The translations under genes were made by a program, and so were the position numbers. From IMG/VR virus record IMGVR_UViG_3300045988_177308, positions 1 through 49,185 of that record: DNA of 49,185 bases; one strand, 5' to 3'. Every line of letters begins with the position of its first letter. The first letter of the stretch is position 1. Under the pieces are notes generated by a model, which worked only from the letters and a program-made list of their open reading frames with translations, did no database searches and was not told where the DNA came from. The stretch comes from a virus. Positions 1-9,925 of this stretch are shown one piece after another.

Positions 1-777
1 GCCATAGTGGCGTGGATGGCGAAGCACGACGGTGACTTCGGCTACACCAACGACTACCGCCGCAAAGACCCGGAGCGCTACGGCTGGGGCGACTGTTCTA
101 GCACGATAGCGCAGGCCTATAGGCAGTGCGCGGGCATCGAAATAGGCGAGCGGAGTTTCAATATAGCGTCGGACCCAGATGCGTACACGGTGGCGTCGGC
201 GACGAGTTGGCGAGATCTACCCCTCAGTGATCTGAAGCCGGCGGATATCATCTGCATGGGCTGGCATTCGGGCCCCTTCGCCGGCCGCATATCCCATGTG
301 GAGCTCTATGCCGGGGGCATGTACACGTGGGGGCACGGAGGCCCGGGCCGTGGGCCCAGATTGCACTCGCTGTCGGATCGGTCCCTGACGGGCTCGGCGA
401 CGATCATCATCGTCAAGCGCTATATCGGCGATACACAGGACAATGACAACACCAGTAAAGGAGACGAGTTGACACCTGACGAGCACAACATGCTCAGCTG
501 GCTGTATGAGAACATCAAGGTGCCGAGCCAGGGCTTCGGCTACCCCCAGGCGACGCAGAACTCTATCGCAGAACTGAAGGAGGTGGCGGCCAACCTGACG
601 CAGGCCGTGGAGTCGATGACGGCGACTGTGAACAGGATCGCCACCGACTTGACGGTGCCGGGGTACGGCTTCGGCTACCCGGCTGCCAGCCACGCTGCGC
701 TGGAGGAGACGATCAACAAGCTGAATGACATCCAGAACACGTTGAAAGACGTGAAGAAGGGGGTCGATGTGAAGTGA
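1..777 (+). CDS. endolysin, continuation (cysteine peptidase, CHAP/NlpC-P60-like, with two GYGFGYP repeats)
   Basis: Motif YGWGDCSS...H typical of Cys-His peptidase lysins; repeated GYGFGYP segments near C-terminus; followed directly by holin-like gene with 4-nt overlap. Confidence 0.7.
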   Translation, partial: AIVAWMAKHDGDFGYTNDYRRKDPERYGWGDCSSTIAQAYRQCAGIEIGERSFNIASDPDAYTVASATSWRDLPLSDLKPADIICMGWHSGPFAGRISHVELYAGGMYTWGHGGPGRGPRLHSLSDRSLTGSATIIIVKRYIGDTQDNDNTSKGDELTPDEHNMLSWLYENIKVPSQGFGYPQATQNSIAELKEVAANLTQAVESMTATVNRIATDLTVPGYGFGYPAASHAALEETINKLNDIQNTLKDVKKGVDVK

Positions 778-1199
778 CGGCGCAGGAAACACCCACGGGG
801 CCCAAGCACCTGGACACCCCCACGCTGACGGACGAGCAGAAGGAAGCGGCGTTCGCCGCGGCTGCGCACACCGTGGAGACGGGGGGCCTGCCCCAGGGGG
901 ACGGCGGCCTGGCGGACCCTAACCGGAAGAACGCCTACCACTTCGACGAGCTCGTGCCGACGCAGATACAGCACAAGGCGCGGTCGGTCATCCGGACGTT
1001 CGTGGTCAGCCTTATCGGCGTACTGGCTGCGTGGGGCGCCAAGGTGGGTATCACTCTGCCTGCGGACCTGGCGGACACGATCACGGCGACCGTGTGGGGG
1101 CTGGTGACCGTGTGCGCACAGTGGCTGCTCAATACTAAGCCCGTGGACCGCTTCCTCCACAAGATAGTGCCGTTCCTGGCGACAACGCCGAACAAGTAA
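774..1199 (+). CDS. holin-like membrane protein
   Basis: GTG start overlapping lysin stop (GTGA); hydrophobic segments VVSLIGVLAAWGA and TVWGLVTVCAQWLL; position immediately after endolysin. Confidence 0.55.
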   Translation: MTAQETPTGPKHLDTPTLTDEQKEAAFAAAAHTVETGGLPQGDGGLADPNRKNAYHFDELVPTQIQHKARSVIRTFVVSLIGVLAAWGAKVGITLPADLADTITATVWGLVTVCAQWLLNTKPVDRFLHKIVPFLATTPNK

Positions 1200-1215
1200 C
1201 GCACAGCATAAGAAG

Positions 1216-1265
1216 GACCCCCGTCGCGTCCCATTCCGGGAAACGTCGGGGGTCTTTATATCTTC
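1216..1265 (+). terminator. intrinsic terminator after lysis cassette
   Basis: 8-bp GC stem gacccccg/cgggggtc with structured loop followed by tttatatcttc. Confidence 0.55.
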
Positions 1266-1268
1266 AGT

Positions 1269-1373
1269 TTACACGTCGCAGACGGCATTGTCGAGCCGGA
1301 CTGCGGTGACTAACAGATCCAGGTTCCGTACCAACCGGCGAACATCCGTCCGATCAGGTTCCATGAAAACATG
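1269..1373 (-). CDS. possible very small ORF (20-31 aa)
   Basis: Extended SD agagaggagaaaac immediately upstream of ATG on minus strand; very short, weak coding signal. Confidence 0.2.
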   Translation of the reverse strand, partial: HVFMEPDRTDVRRLVRNLDLLVTAVRLDNAVCDV

Positions 1374-1432
1374 TTTTCTCCTCTCTGTTGAGTTACTGTG
1401 CGAAAACAGTGTGCACGCTGAACGAGCCGTTG

Positions 1433-1642
1433 TCAAGCCGCGATGAGGTTGAGCTGGTGCTGTGTCCACGCGAAGGCGGCGAGGGCGGAGATCGCGCCGA
1501 GGGATGTGAAGGCGAGGGAGACCCAGAAGACAACAGAGCCAGCCCTGGGGAAGCCGCACCACGTGACGATGTAGGCGATGAGGGTCCAGAACCCCTGTGC
1601 GACGAGGAATGCGACGGGGACGGCGATGAAGTAAAGAAGCAT
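1433..1642 (-). CDS. small membrane protein (69 aa, 2-3 TM helices)
   Basis: ATG at 1642 preceded on minus strand by agagaaaggacttcac (the recurrent extended SD); protein almost entirely hydrophobic. Confidence 0.5.
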   Translation of the reverse strand: MLLYFIAVPVAFLVAQGFWTLIAYIVTWCGFPRAGSVVFWVSLAFTSLGAISALAAFAWTQHQLNLIAA

Positions 1643-1710
1643 GTGAAGTCCTTTCTCTAGTCCGGTGGTTCGATGGCTTGACTGTAACTCGAATACGGGC
1701 GGAAGTCAAG

Positions 1711-1740
1711 TTTGCGTGACCCATCCCGTCCTGCTAGAGT
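1711..1740 (+). promoter_or_regulatory. candidate promoter TTTGCG-18-TAGAGT upstream of DHFR, with atatcag leader element shared with the small-gene promoters
   Basis: Hexamers read directly; same TAGA-type -10 and leader as the cassettes at 44428, 45360, 45890 and 46226. Confidence 0.4.
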
Positions 1741-1782
1741 CTTCATATCAGCCAATACGCCGCACACGGGAGGAGAGACACA

Positions 1783-2316
1783 ATGTTTCACGTGCATTTC
1801 ATCTGGGCGCAGTCTACGTCCGGGATCATAGGGGTCAATGGGAAGCTGCCGTGGCACGATCGGGGGGATCTGCAGCATTTCAAGGACATGACGACCGGTA
1901 AGACCGTGGTGATGGGCCGGAAGACCCGACAATCCCTGCCGCAACGCAACAAGAAGCTGCCCAACAGGACGAACATCGTGTTGAGTCGGACGATGACGTC
2001 AACCAAATCCGTCAAGGCGGTGGCTAGCCCATACGCGGCTATAGAGCAGACCCTCGCAGAGGGCCGGGATGAAGCGTGGGTGATCGGGGGACACGAGACG
2101 TTCCAGGCGTTCATTACAGCTCACGACCTGGACAAGCTGCCATTCAGACTGGACGCTTACGTCTCCGTGCTGGCGGTGGACGACGAGATCCAGCCGATCA
2201 CCGCACAGGACAGCATCACATGGGCGCCTACGCTGGACGACCGTTGGGTGCTGCTGTACGACCATATGGCGGGGCCTAGGCGGCGCCTGCAGAAGTATGT
2301 TAAGGTGTTCAGGTAA
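1783..2316 (+). CDS. folA: dihydrofolate reductase
   Basis: IWAQSTSGIIGVNGKLPWH...DLQHFKDMTTGKTVVMGRKT...NRTNIVLSR motifs characteristic of DHFR; SD gggaggagag. Confidence 0.9.
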   Translation: MFHVHFIWAQSTSGIIGVNGKLPWHDRGDLQHFKDMTTGKTVVMGRKTRQSLPQRNKKLPNRTNIVLSRTMTSTKSVKAVASPYAAIEQTLAEGRDEAWVIGGHETFQAFITAHDLDKLPFRLDAYVSVLAVDDEIQPITAQDSITWAPTLDDRWVLLYDHMAGPRRRLQKYVKVFR

Positions 2317-2331
2317 GCTCCTTTCTCTCAG

Positions 2332-2367
2332 GACCCCGCCGGATGAGCGCTATGCCCCGGCGGGGTC
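2332..2367 (+). terminator. hairpin terminator after folA
   Basis: Perfect 11-bp stem gaccccgccgg/ccggcggggtc, 14-nt loop, then tgctgtgtg. Confidence 0.5.
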
Positions 2368-2420
2368 TGCTGTGTGCGCATGGTAACATTCCTCTTAAGC
2401 CTGACTAGAGAGGGAGTTTC

Positions 2421-2702
2421 ATGAGAATCGACGTTCAAACAAGCCGCTTAGCCACTGTTAACGGGTCTATTGCGACGCTTAGCGGCACGCTGCCCAACCT
2501 CGATCTGGACGTTGCGTTGGCTAAGAGCGTGAAGGCCGTGTACCTGACGGTGTTCGCCAACGCAACGGAGACGAAGGTCACGTCGCTGTGTACAGAGGGC
2601 GGCACGTTCTGCGTAACCATACACACCATGGCTGAGCGGCCTACCGTGAAGGTATGCGACCCGCTGGAGGCGCCGGTGGTGATCCGGTACAGGGGGCTGT
2701 GA
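2421..2702 (+). CDS. hypothetical protein (93 aa)
   Basis: ATG preceded by ctagagagggagtttc; stop overlaps next start (TGATG). Confidence 0.55.
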   Translation: MRIDVQTSRLATVNGSIATLSGTLPNLDLDVALAKSVKAVYLTVFANATETKVTSLCTEGGTFCVTIHTMAERPTVKVCDPLEAPVVIRYRGL

Positions 2703-3316
2703 TGGCAGCGCCTAAGAAAACGACGAAAAAGAAGCCGGCTCAAACCAAGACTGCGACCAAAGAGCTGGTGAAGAACGACCGGGATCGCTTCGCGATCCAG
2801 AAGTCGACCGGTGAACTGGCGATGGACGACAGGCGGCTGCTCACCCTCGCACAGGCGGGGGCCAGCCCATCCGAGATGTCTGAGGAGCTAGGTCTGCCGG
2901 CCGAGACGTGCCTGGCCCGTGTGCGCTCCTTGCTGAAGCGCAACGACGTGTGGACAAACCTCGAACGGCAACAGATGCTGATCGCCGACATGTACGACTT
3001 GAAGACGCGCGCTTTTAACTTCCTGGAGAAGTGCTTCGAGTCGGACGAGATAGCCGCCCGGCACATCGAAGCGGTCAACAGCGTCCTGAAACAGCTCGGC
3101 GACCGCTTGGACAAGGTGAAGGAATACAACGACGAGGAAGAGGCTCGGGTGACGAAGCAGCAGACCCGGCTGATCCTCGACCTGGTGGAGGACGCCTGGG
3201 AGCGTGTGCGAGTTCATATATCCAGAGCGTATTCGAACGGCCAGCTGCTTGACCCGGAGGCGATGGACGAAGTCTTCTATCAGGCGCTGAAGGAGGCCCA
3301 TGCTGATCAAAGCTAG
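2702..3316 (+). CDS. terminase small subunit (putative)
   Basis: Lys-rich N-terminus MAAPKKTTKKKPAQTK, HTH-like region, lies immediately upstream of and overlaps terminase large subunit; start chosen at ATG overlapping upstream stop. Confidence 0.55.
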   Translation: MAAPKKTTKKKPAQTKTATKELVKNDRDRFAIQKSTGELAMDDRRLLTLAQAGASPSEMSEELGLPAETCLARVRSLLKRNDVWTNLERQQMLIADMYDLKTRAFNFLEKCFESDEIAARHIEAVNSVLKQLGDRLDKVKEYNDEEEARVTKQQTRLILDLVEDAWERVRVHISRAYSNGQLLDPEAMDEVFYQALKEAHADQS

Positions 3317-4853
3317 CGCGATCGACAGCGCTATCGCCACCGTCAAGGCGCACAGGAGGCAGGACAGCTTCAAGTCGGATCCCGTGGGATGGGCTCAGTA
3401 CATGCTGGGCACAGACGAGGGAACCCTGTGGAGTAAGCAGCGGGAGATCGCCCGGGCCGTAGTGGATAACAACTCGACGGCGGTGAAGGCAGGCCACGGG
3501 GTGGGCAAGTCCCGGCTGATGGCTGTTCTCATATGCTGGTGGGTCGATACCCGCTACCCTCACTGCTATGTGATATCCACGGCGCCGTCGATGGCGCAGG
3601 TGCAGGACGTGCTGTGGCGCGAAGTGATGCAGCTGAAGGACATCGTGGAGAGACGCTTCGAGGAGGGACTCGTCGACCATAAGCTCCCGGGGCGCATCAC
3701 GATGGACGTGCAGTGGAAGGACGACGTGACGAAGCTCCCGCTGGGCCGCGGCAGGAAGCCGCCGGACAACCTGGGCGGCAACTCCTTCCAGGGAATTCAC
3801 GGCGACGTGTTGGCGATCGGCGACGAGGCCTGCGGGCTCTCGGGTGAACTGATCGACGCCCTGGCGAACATCACGACGAACGAGGCGTCTCGGCGTGTGC
3901 TGATCGCGAACCCCACGGACCCGATGAGCTACCTGGGGAAGATCTTCAAGGAGGAGATGGAGAACTGGAAGCGCATGTCCATCTCGGTCCTGGAGAGTCC
4001 GAACTTCACAGGCGAGCCCATGCCCCCCAATGTACTGCAGAAGCTCACCGGGCCATCCTATGTGGAGCAGAAGAAGCAGGAGTATGGGGAGGACAGCGCG
4101 AGGTTTAAGGCTCGCGTGCTGGGCGAGTTCGCATTCGACATCGAAGACTCGTTGATTCTGCCAGGAGATGTTGAGACGGCCTGCTTGACGGAGAGGGAGC
4201 AGATCGGCCGGCCGGTGCTCGGCGTCGACGTAGCGCGCTTCGGCGCGGACCGCTCGGTCGTCTACTTGTGCGTCAACGGTGTTGTGCGCTTCGTAGACTC
4301 GTGGGCGAAGACGGACCTGGTGCACAGCGCACAGCGGGTGCACGACCTGGCCCTGCGTGAGGGAGCACACGCCGTGGCGATCGACTGCGACGGGATCGGC
4401 GGCGGGATGTTCGACATCCTCAACTCATACGCTAACCGCACCTACGACATCTTGGCTGTGCGGGGTTCTATGTCGAGCCCGGACAGGGGCCGGTGGCACA
4501 ACTACCGCTCCTACATGTGGGACTCCTTCAGGTACCGGTGTCGCACAGGCGAGCTGGATCTGGATCCACTGGACATCGACTTGCACGACGAGCTGCTGTC
4601 CGTCGGCTATTCGTATAATACGATGTCCGGGGGGCTCGTCCTGGACTCGAAGGACAAGCTGAAAAAGGACGTCGGCAAGTCGCCCGACTTGGCAGACGCC
4701 GCAGTGTACGCTGCTATAACGGACCAGAACATACGGGACGCCATTCAACAAGAGACCGTGTTCTCTGACGCGGGGGACATGATGGACGGCGACGAAGACG
4801 ATTACCTACACGAAATGGGGGAGACTTTTGGATTCCAACGCATACTCGTTTAG
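3300..4853 (+). CDS. terminase large subunit
   Basis: 517 aa; ATPase P-loop-like GHGVGKS and nuclease C-terminal domain; SD aaggaggccc; synteny with portal. Confidence 0.85.
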   Translation: MLIKASAIDSAIATVKAHRRQDSFKSDPVGWAQYMLGTDEGTLWSKQREIARAVVDNNSTAVKAGHGVGKSRLMAVLICWWVDTRYPHCYVISTAPSMAQVQDVLWREVMQLKDIVERRFEEGLVDHKLPGRITMDVQWKDDVTKLPLGRGRKPPDNLGGNSFQGIHGDVLAIGDEACGLSGELIDALANITTNEASRRVLIANPTDPMSYLGKIFKEEMENWKRMSISVLESPNFTGEPMPPNVLQKLTGPSYVEQKKQEYGEDSARFKARVLGEFAFDIEDSLILPGDVETACLTEREQIGRPVLGVDVARFGADRSVVYLCVNGVVRFVDSWAKTDLVHSAQRVHDLALREGAHAVAIDCDGIGGGMFDILNSYANRTYDILAVRGSMSSPDRGRWHNYRSYMWDSFRYRCRTGELDLDPLDIDLHDELLSVGYSYNTMSGGLVLDSKDKLKKDVGKSPDLADAAVYAAITDQNIRDAIQQETVFSDAGDMMDGDEDDYLHEMGETFGFQRILV

Positions 4854-6219
4854 CGACGAGGGTATCGCGTTCATCAACGAGGCGCAGAGGTCCTACCTCC
4901 TGGACGAGGGCGCCAACTGGGTCAGCTACGCCGACGACAAGGGGCTGACGCTGGCTTTCATCCATGAGGTTGTACGCGGCCTGAGGGACATGGCCCGGGA
5001 CCACCCGTTGCATAAGCGCGGCGCACAGTTGAGGACCAGCTACATTTTCGGCGACGACTTGGTGTTCAGCGACACGTCTGCGAAGCTGGACAAGTTCATC
5101 AAGTCGGAGTCGGCGCAGAGGACGTTGTTCTCAGCATCGGCTATGGAGAGCCTGAACTTGGAAAGGTTCTGTGCGGGGAACGTGTTCCTGTTCCGTGAGG
5201 TGCATACCGACAAGCTGACGCTCGTCCCCGTGGAGGAGGTCGAGGAGATCGTCCGGGATTCGTTCGATTCATCCGTCGTGAAGTATGTGCGTCGCACATG
5301 GACCCCGGACGGGCAGAACACGATCAGTCAGTGGTTCCCGACAGCCGAGTATAGGCGGAGCGTACAGCGTCTCCGGAAACCGCCGAACACGGCCTACGAG
5401 GTGAATGGCAGTTATGTCGTGTACATTCTGTCGTCGGGCAGGCATGCGGGGCATGCGTTCGGTGCGCCGGATTCACTGGCGGCTGCCCTGTGGAGCGTCG
5501 CTTACTCGGGTTACCTGCGCGACAGCGCTAGGCTGTCTAAGGCGTTGTCGAAGATCGCATGGGCTATCGTCAACAGCAACAACCAGGGCAAGCGGCAGTC
5601 GGCTGTGGAGATCTCGAACCGCGGCGACGTGGTGGGCGCCACGGCGAGCTTGGGGCCCAATCAGTCTCTGGCTGGTGTGGGAGTCCCGAGCGCACAGGTC
5701 AACTACGGGAACGGCCAGCCCCTGGCGGCGCTTGTGGCTGCCTCGTTCGGGATCCCGGTCATCGCGCTGTTGTCGTCTCCTGGTGCGACGGGCGGCTCGT
5801 ACGGGGCTGCGACGACGCTGGACAGGCCGACGATCAACGGTTTCAAGCTAGAGCAGCGCAAATGGCGGGATTTCTTCAAGCAGGTGATGATGGACGTGGA
5901 TCCGTCGGTGAAGGACGTTGACATCAAGTTCCCGTCGATCGAACAGGACCCGACCTACAGGGCGTTGCAGTCGCTTGCTACGTCTATGTCCACGGGGGCA
6001 ATCCACCAAGACGAGTACCGCCAAGCGGTGTTGAACCTTCTGGCTGTGCCCGATATCCATGGCGACGAACTCCCAGAGCCGAATGCTTTTTTGAAGACTG
6101 GTAATGTGTCCGGTGGGGATGACGGCGATGCTGTGCGCGACCCTGTGGCACGACAGGGCAACCAGGGCGCGGTCCCCGGCGGTTTCAACCAAGGAGACAC
6201 TGAAGATGAAGATAAGTGA
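4828..6219 (+). CDS. portal protein
   Basis: 463 aa following terminase, acidic C-terminus, typical size and position; TTG start after gggggag. Confidence 0.75.
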   Translation: MDSNAYSFSDEGIAFINEAQRSYLLDEGANWVSYADDKGLTLAFIHEVVRGLRDMARDHPLHKRGAQLRTSYIFGDDLVFSDTSAKLDKFIKSESAQRTLFSASAMESLNLERFCAGNVFLFREVHTDKLTLVPVEEVEEIVRDSFDSSVVKYVRRTWTPDGQNTISQWFPTAEYRRSVQRLRKPPNTAYEVNGSYVVYILSSGRHAGHAFGAPDSLAAALWSVAYSGYLRDSARLSKALSKIAWAIVNSNNQGKRQSAVEISNRGDVVGATASLGPNQSLAGVGVPSAQVNYGNGQPLAALVAASFGIPVIALLSSPGATGGSYGAATTLDRPTINGFKLEQRKWRDFFKQVMMDVDPSVKDVDIKFPSIEQDPTYRALQSLATSMSTGAIHQDEYRQAVLNLLAVPDIHGDELPEPNAFLKTGNVSGGDDGDAVRDPVARQGNQGAVPGGFNQGDTEDEDK

Positions 6220-7162
6220 GAGCACGAACACCAGCGTCCTCAAGCCTATTAAGGGGACGCGCAAGTGGCTTGTGCGACTCATAACCGAGGGTCAGGGCTC
6301 GACCGGCGTCTATACGAAGGAAGCGCTGCAGGGTAGTTTCGCCGAGGCGTTCCCCGTCGGTACGCACATGTATATCGACCACGCTACCGAGGCTGAGACC
6401 GACGAGCGCCCCGAGGGGACGTTGACGAAGCTGGCGGCCGTGATCGCCGAGACCCCTCGTTGGCAGGATGCGCCGGAGCCCGGGATGTACGCGACGATCG
6501 AAGTGGTCGAGCAGTGGGCACCCTTCATCGAGCAGGTGTCGGATATCATCGGCGTGTCGATCCACTGCGGCGCTACGTTGGTCCAGGACGACGACCTCGT
6601 GACGGCGGGTGAGCCCACGCCGCCTGTGATAGAGTCGTTCATACCGTCGCCAGTTAATTCCGTTGATTTCGTCACAGTTCCGGGTGCCGGCGGGCGCCTC
6701 GTCGAGGCTCTGGAATCATTCAAAAACGGAAATGCTATTATGGATGGTAGCAACAAACACAATTCCGAAAGGAAGAGAATGGACACTGAGTTCAAGGAGG
6801 CCCTGGAGGCCCTGGACACTAAACTCTCCGCTCTCGTCGAAGCCCTCGCCGATAAGGCTAAAAAGAAGGACGAAGAGGACGAAGAGGACGCCAAGAAGGC
6901 CAAGGAGGAAGAAGAGGACAAGGCCAAGAAGGCTAAGGAGGCCATCCTTGCTCTCGCCGACTCCGATCTCCCCGAGGTTTCCCGTGTGCGGGTAGCCGAA
7001 GCTATCGCCCGCGGCTATGACGCGAAGTCGATCCTCGACCGCGAGACCAAGCTCGTCGAGTCTATCCGCGAGAGCCTGTCGGGCGGCTTCGCTCCCGAGC
7101 ACGTGCCCTCCGGTAAGAGCGCCGACGACTTCGAAGCCGAATTCGCCAAGCTGACCTGGTAA
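6206..7162 (+). CDS. scaffolding protein with N-terminal domain (possible capsid maturation protease-scaffold fusion)
   Basis: C-terminal 100 aa is a K/E/D/A coiled-coil (KKKDEEDEEDAKKAKEEEEDKAKKAKE); position between portal and capsid. Confidence 0.55.
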   Translation: MKISESTNTSVLKPIKGTRKWLVRLITEGQGSTGVYTKEALQGSFAEAFPVGTHMYIDHATEAETDERPEGTLTKLAAVIAETPRWQDAPEPGMYATIEVVEQWAPFIEQVSDIIGVSIHCGATLVQDDDLVTAGEPTPPVIESFIPSPVNSVDFVTVPGAGGRLVEALESFKNGNAIMDGSNKHNSERKRMDTEFKEALEALDTKLSALVEALADKAKKKDEEDEEDAKKAKEEEEDKAKKAKEAILALADSDLPEVSRVRVAEAIARGYDAKSILDRETKLVESIRESLSGGFAPEHVPSGKSADDFEAEFAKLTW

Positions 7163-7175
7163 GGAGGATACGCAC

Positions 7176-7538
7176 ATGGCACAGAATCACGTCAAGGGCG
7201 GGGATACCTACGAAGTCCAGGTGGACGCCGCCGTCAAGTCGGGCGACGTCGTCGCCGTCGGCAAGGTCGGGGCCGTTGCTCTCACCTCCGCCACACCCAA
7301 GGGTGACAACAACTTCTATTCGACGCTTGCTTTCGAAGGCATCGCACACCTCGGGCTGGACGGATCCGTCAAGGTCGGGGATATCGTGACGATCGACGGC
7401 GCCACCGAGTCCGGCAAGGCCGCCAAGCCTGAGATCGCGGCCGACCCGAAGGGCAAGATCATCGTCGGCTTTGTGCTCAACCCTTTGTCGAGCGCATCGA
7501 CCAAGTACGCTGTCAAGCTGACCCAGGCTTGGCTCTAA
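7176..7538 (+). CDS. head decoration / DUF2190-like protein
   Basis: 120-aa Gly/Val-rich beta protein between scaffold and major capsid; SD taaggaggata identical to capsid gene. Confidence 0.45.
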   Translation: MAQNHVKGGDTYEVQVDAAVKSGDVVAVGKVGAVALTSATPKGDNNFYSTLAFEGIAHLGLDGSVKVGDIVTIDGATESGKAAKPEIAADPKGKIIVGFVLNPLSSASTKYAVKLTQAWL

Positions 7539-7551
7539 GGAGGATATCTAC

Positions 7552-8646
7552 ATGGCAATCAACGCGAGGGAAGCCTACAAGGCGGGTATCCTTCTGCACA
7601 AGGCGCTTCACGCCGATGATATTCGTGTGCGCAACTCGGCCCGTAAGGACCTGAGCGAGGCCATCTCGACTTCTGACCTTCCAGTCAATCTCGGCCCGAC
7701 CATGAACAAGATCATGCAGGGCGAGTACCAGCAGGTCCCGTCGAACTGGCGCGAATGGGCGGACACCCTCGAAACCCCTGACTTCGAGACGGTTCCCTAC
7801 TTCAGCTTCGACTTCACGGACGACAATATCCCCGTGCGCAAGGACGGTAAAGGTTACGTCGCGCAGGGGCTTCCTGCTGTCGGCGAGCTCGGCGAATACC
7901 CGATCCTCGGTCTGAAGGCAGAGCAGTTCAAGCTGAAGCTGGCTAAGGCCGGTGTCCAGATCCCGCTTTCCTGGGAGACGCTGAAGCGTTACGGCGCCGA
8001 CTGGGGCCTGATTCCTCGGATCACGAAGGAACTTGGCCGCCGTGCCGCCAACCAGGAGTCGATTGAGGCCGCCCTCCAGTTGGTTCAGCCGACCGGCCTG
8101 AACACGACGAACTTCAAGGCCGCCAACAAGAACGTTCTGGCTGGAAACCCCGAGCTGAGCATCGAGGCGCTGGAGAAGGCTTTCGCACAACTAGCTACTA
8201 CCAAGTACAACGGCCGCCGGATCATCATGCCGACCAAGTTCAACCTGATCGTGCCCCCGGCCCTCGCAAGCCGCGCCGAGCAGATCATGAAGGTCGTCGA
8301 GATCCGCCGCCAGAACGGCACCGAGACCCAGGTGATGGGCAACACGGTGTCCGGGAAGGTCGCGAATGTCTTCGAGGTGCCCGAGCTTGCTCTTATCGCC
8401 GGAGATTACGCCGACAAGTGCTGGTTCCTTCTGCCCCCGAAGAACTCGATGCCCCGCAAGAACATCGTGAACGTGTTCCTTGAGGGCGAGACCGCTCCGA
8501 AGATCTTCGTCGAGAAGACCACGAATAGCTCGGAGCTGGATGGCTCGTTCGATAACGATGCGTACAGGACGAAGATCCGTCATCTCGTCAAGTCTGCTTT
8601 CATCGCTCCGGAGGGCACTCTGGCCTCCAGCGGTGCAGGCGCCTGA
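7552..8646 (+). CDS. major capsid protein
   Basis: 364 aa after scaffold/decoration genes, strong SD taaggagga, followed by strong hairpin. Confidence 0.8.
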   Translation: MAINAREAYKAGILLHKALHADDIRVRNSARKDLSEAISTSDLPVNLGPTMNKIMQGEYQQVPSNWREWADTLETPDFETVPYFSFDFTDDNIPVRKDGKGYVAQGLPAVGELGEYPILGLKAEQFKLKLAKAGVQIPLSWETLKRYGADWGLIPRITKELGRRAANQESIEAALQLVQPTGLNTTNFKAANKNVLAGNPELSIEALEKAFAQLATTKYNGRRIIMPTKFNLIVPPALASRAEQIMKVVEIRRQNGTETQVMGNTVSGKVANVFEVPELALIAGDYADKCWFLLPPKNSMPRKNIVNVFLEGETAPKIFVEKTTNSSELDGSFDNDAYRTKIRHLVKSAFIAPEGTLASSGAGA

Positions 8647-8666
8647 TAACGATACCCGACAAGGAT

Positions 8667-8699
8667 GGAAACCCCGCCCTCACAAGGGGCGGGGTTTCC
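8667..8699 (+). terminator. strong hairpin after major capsid gene
   Basis: 13-bp perfect stem ggaaaccccgccc/gggcggggtttcc with 7-nt loop. Confidence 0.55.
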
Positions 8700-8719
8700 T
8701 GCAGTGGAAAGGAGCTGCC

Positions 8720-9079
8720 GTGCCCGACAAGCCGAAGATAACCGTGGACGAGCTGAAACTCTTCCTACCCGGTATCGACCTGGACGCTAAGCTGCTCGAA
8801 CGGTTGTGCGCGCTGTACACGAACGTGTTCAAGGCCGCTGCGGCTGCTTTGCGTGCGTATGCTGCGAAGCTCGTGTCGGAGGGCGGGGTCGAGAACGTCA
8901 AGGCGGATGACTTCACGCTGTCCGGCGGGGACAAGAACATTGAGGCCCTGCTCGCTCTGGCTGATAAATACGACGCACAGGGGGATGCGCTGGAGAACGG
9001 CGAGGGGCTCGTCCTCGTCCCGATGAGGGGGGACGACGTGTTCGAGAGAGCGAGGGAGTTCCTTGGCCGGTATCTCTGA
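8720..9079 (+). CDS. head-tail connector / adaptor protein (putative)
   Basis: GTG start after ggaaaggag; position after capsid. Confidence 0.45.
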   Translation: MPDKPKITVDELKLFLPGIDLDAKLLERLCALYTNVFKAAAAALRAYAAKLVSEGGVENVKADDFTLSGGDKNIEALLALADKYDAQGDALENGEGLVLVPMRGDDVFERAREFLGRYL

Positions 9080-9092
9080 GGGCCGCCTGGCC

Positions 9093-9476
9093 ATGGCGGC
9101 TAAACGCGTCGAACGCTATATGGTCGATGAGGTGACTATCTACGATGGCAAGAACATCAAATACGACGCTAAGACTGACAGCTATGATTATGGCACAGTC
9201 CTATATACTGGGAAAGCGCGTATACAGCCGATACGCCAACCTGAGGTAGCCAACGATCAAATCGCACCTCAGACGACTAACCGTGTGCGCGTACAGCTGC
9301 CACGATCGACGATGTCGCTGAACATCCCGATGGCTGCACGTATCAAAGTCGTAAAGACCCAAGATACACCGCACATGGTGGGCTATCTGATGACGGTGGC
9401 TTCCTTGGTGGATGCTTCACAGTCATTCGAGCGGACGATCATCTGCAACACGCCGATGAACAAGGCGGAGGCGTAA
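9093..9476 (+). CDS. head-tail joining protein (putative)
   Basis: Synteny; ATG at 9093. Confidence 0.4.
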   Translation: MAAKRVERYMVDEVTIYDGKNIKYDAKTDSYDYGTVLYTGKARIQPIRQPEVANDQIAPQTTNRVRVQLPRSTMSLNIPMAARIKVVKTQDTPHMVGYLMTVASLVDASQSFERTIICNTPMNKAEA

Positions 9477-9481
9477 CCTAC

Positions 9482-9922
9482 ATGAAGATCCGCACGAAGA
9501 TTGGGGCGAACAAGTTTACGAAGTACGCTAAACGCATCCAGGACTTCAGGGAATACGACTTGTTCGCGAACGTCATCGACAAGCTGTCGGAAGAGATACC
9601 GCCCGCCCTGCAAGACACGATAGAGAAGACTCCGTCTGCTCTCGTTCCCGGTAAGATAGGCCGTATCTGGACGGGGCACATGCACGACAGCGTAAGCGTC
9701 ATCGTCCCGGACAACGTCACCGTCGAGTACGGCTGGATCGAGGGATCCAACAAGTTCGACGGCGGGTGGGACCACGATTATATCCTCGGACAGGAGTATG
9801 GCGATGACAGAGTGTGGGGCATGAAAGCCCTGGAGAAGGTGGAGAAGCAGGTGAAGCTCGCCGAGAAGACCAGTAAAGAGGTCTACACGGAGACTCGCCG
9901 CATCTGGAAGTGGGGCAGGTGA
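9482..9922 (+). CDS. neck / tail component (putative)
   Basis: Synteny; SD ggagg 9 nt upstream. Confidence 0.45.
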   Translation: MKIRTKIGANKFTKYAKRIQDFREYDLFANVIDKLSEEIPPALQDTIEKTPSALVPGKIGRIWTGHMHDSVSVIVPDNVTVEYGWIEGSNKFDGGWDHDYILGQEYGDDRVWGMKALEKVEKQVKLAEKTSKEVYTETRRIWKWGR

Positions 9923-9925
9923 CGG

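Noticed and set aside
2654-2701. Upstream extension of terminase small subunit to 2654
   Set aside because: Would overlap the preceding gene by 48 nt; the ATG at 2702 overlaps the stop (TGATG) as at other junctions.
3075-4370. 431-aa minus-strand ORF
   Set aside because: Antisense to terminase large subunit; wrong-frame amino acid composition.
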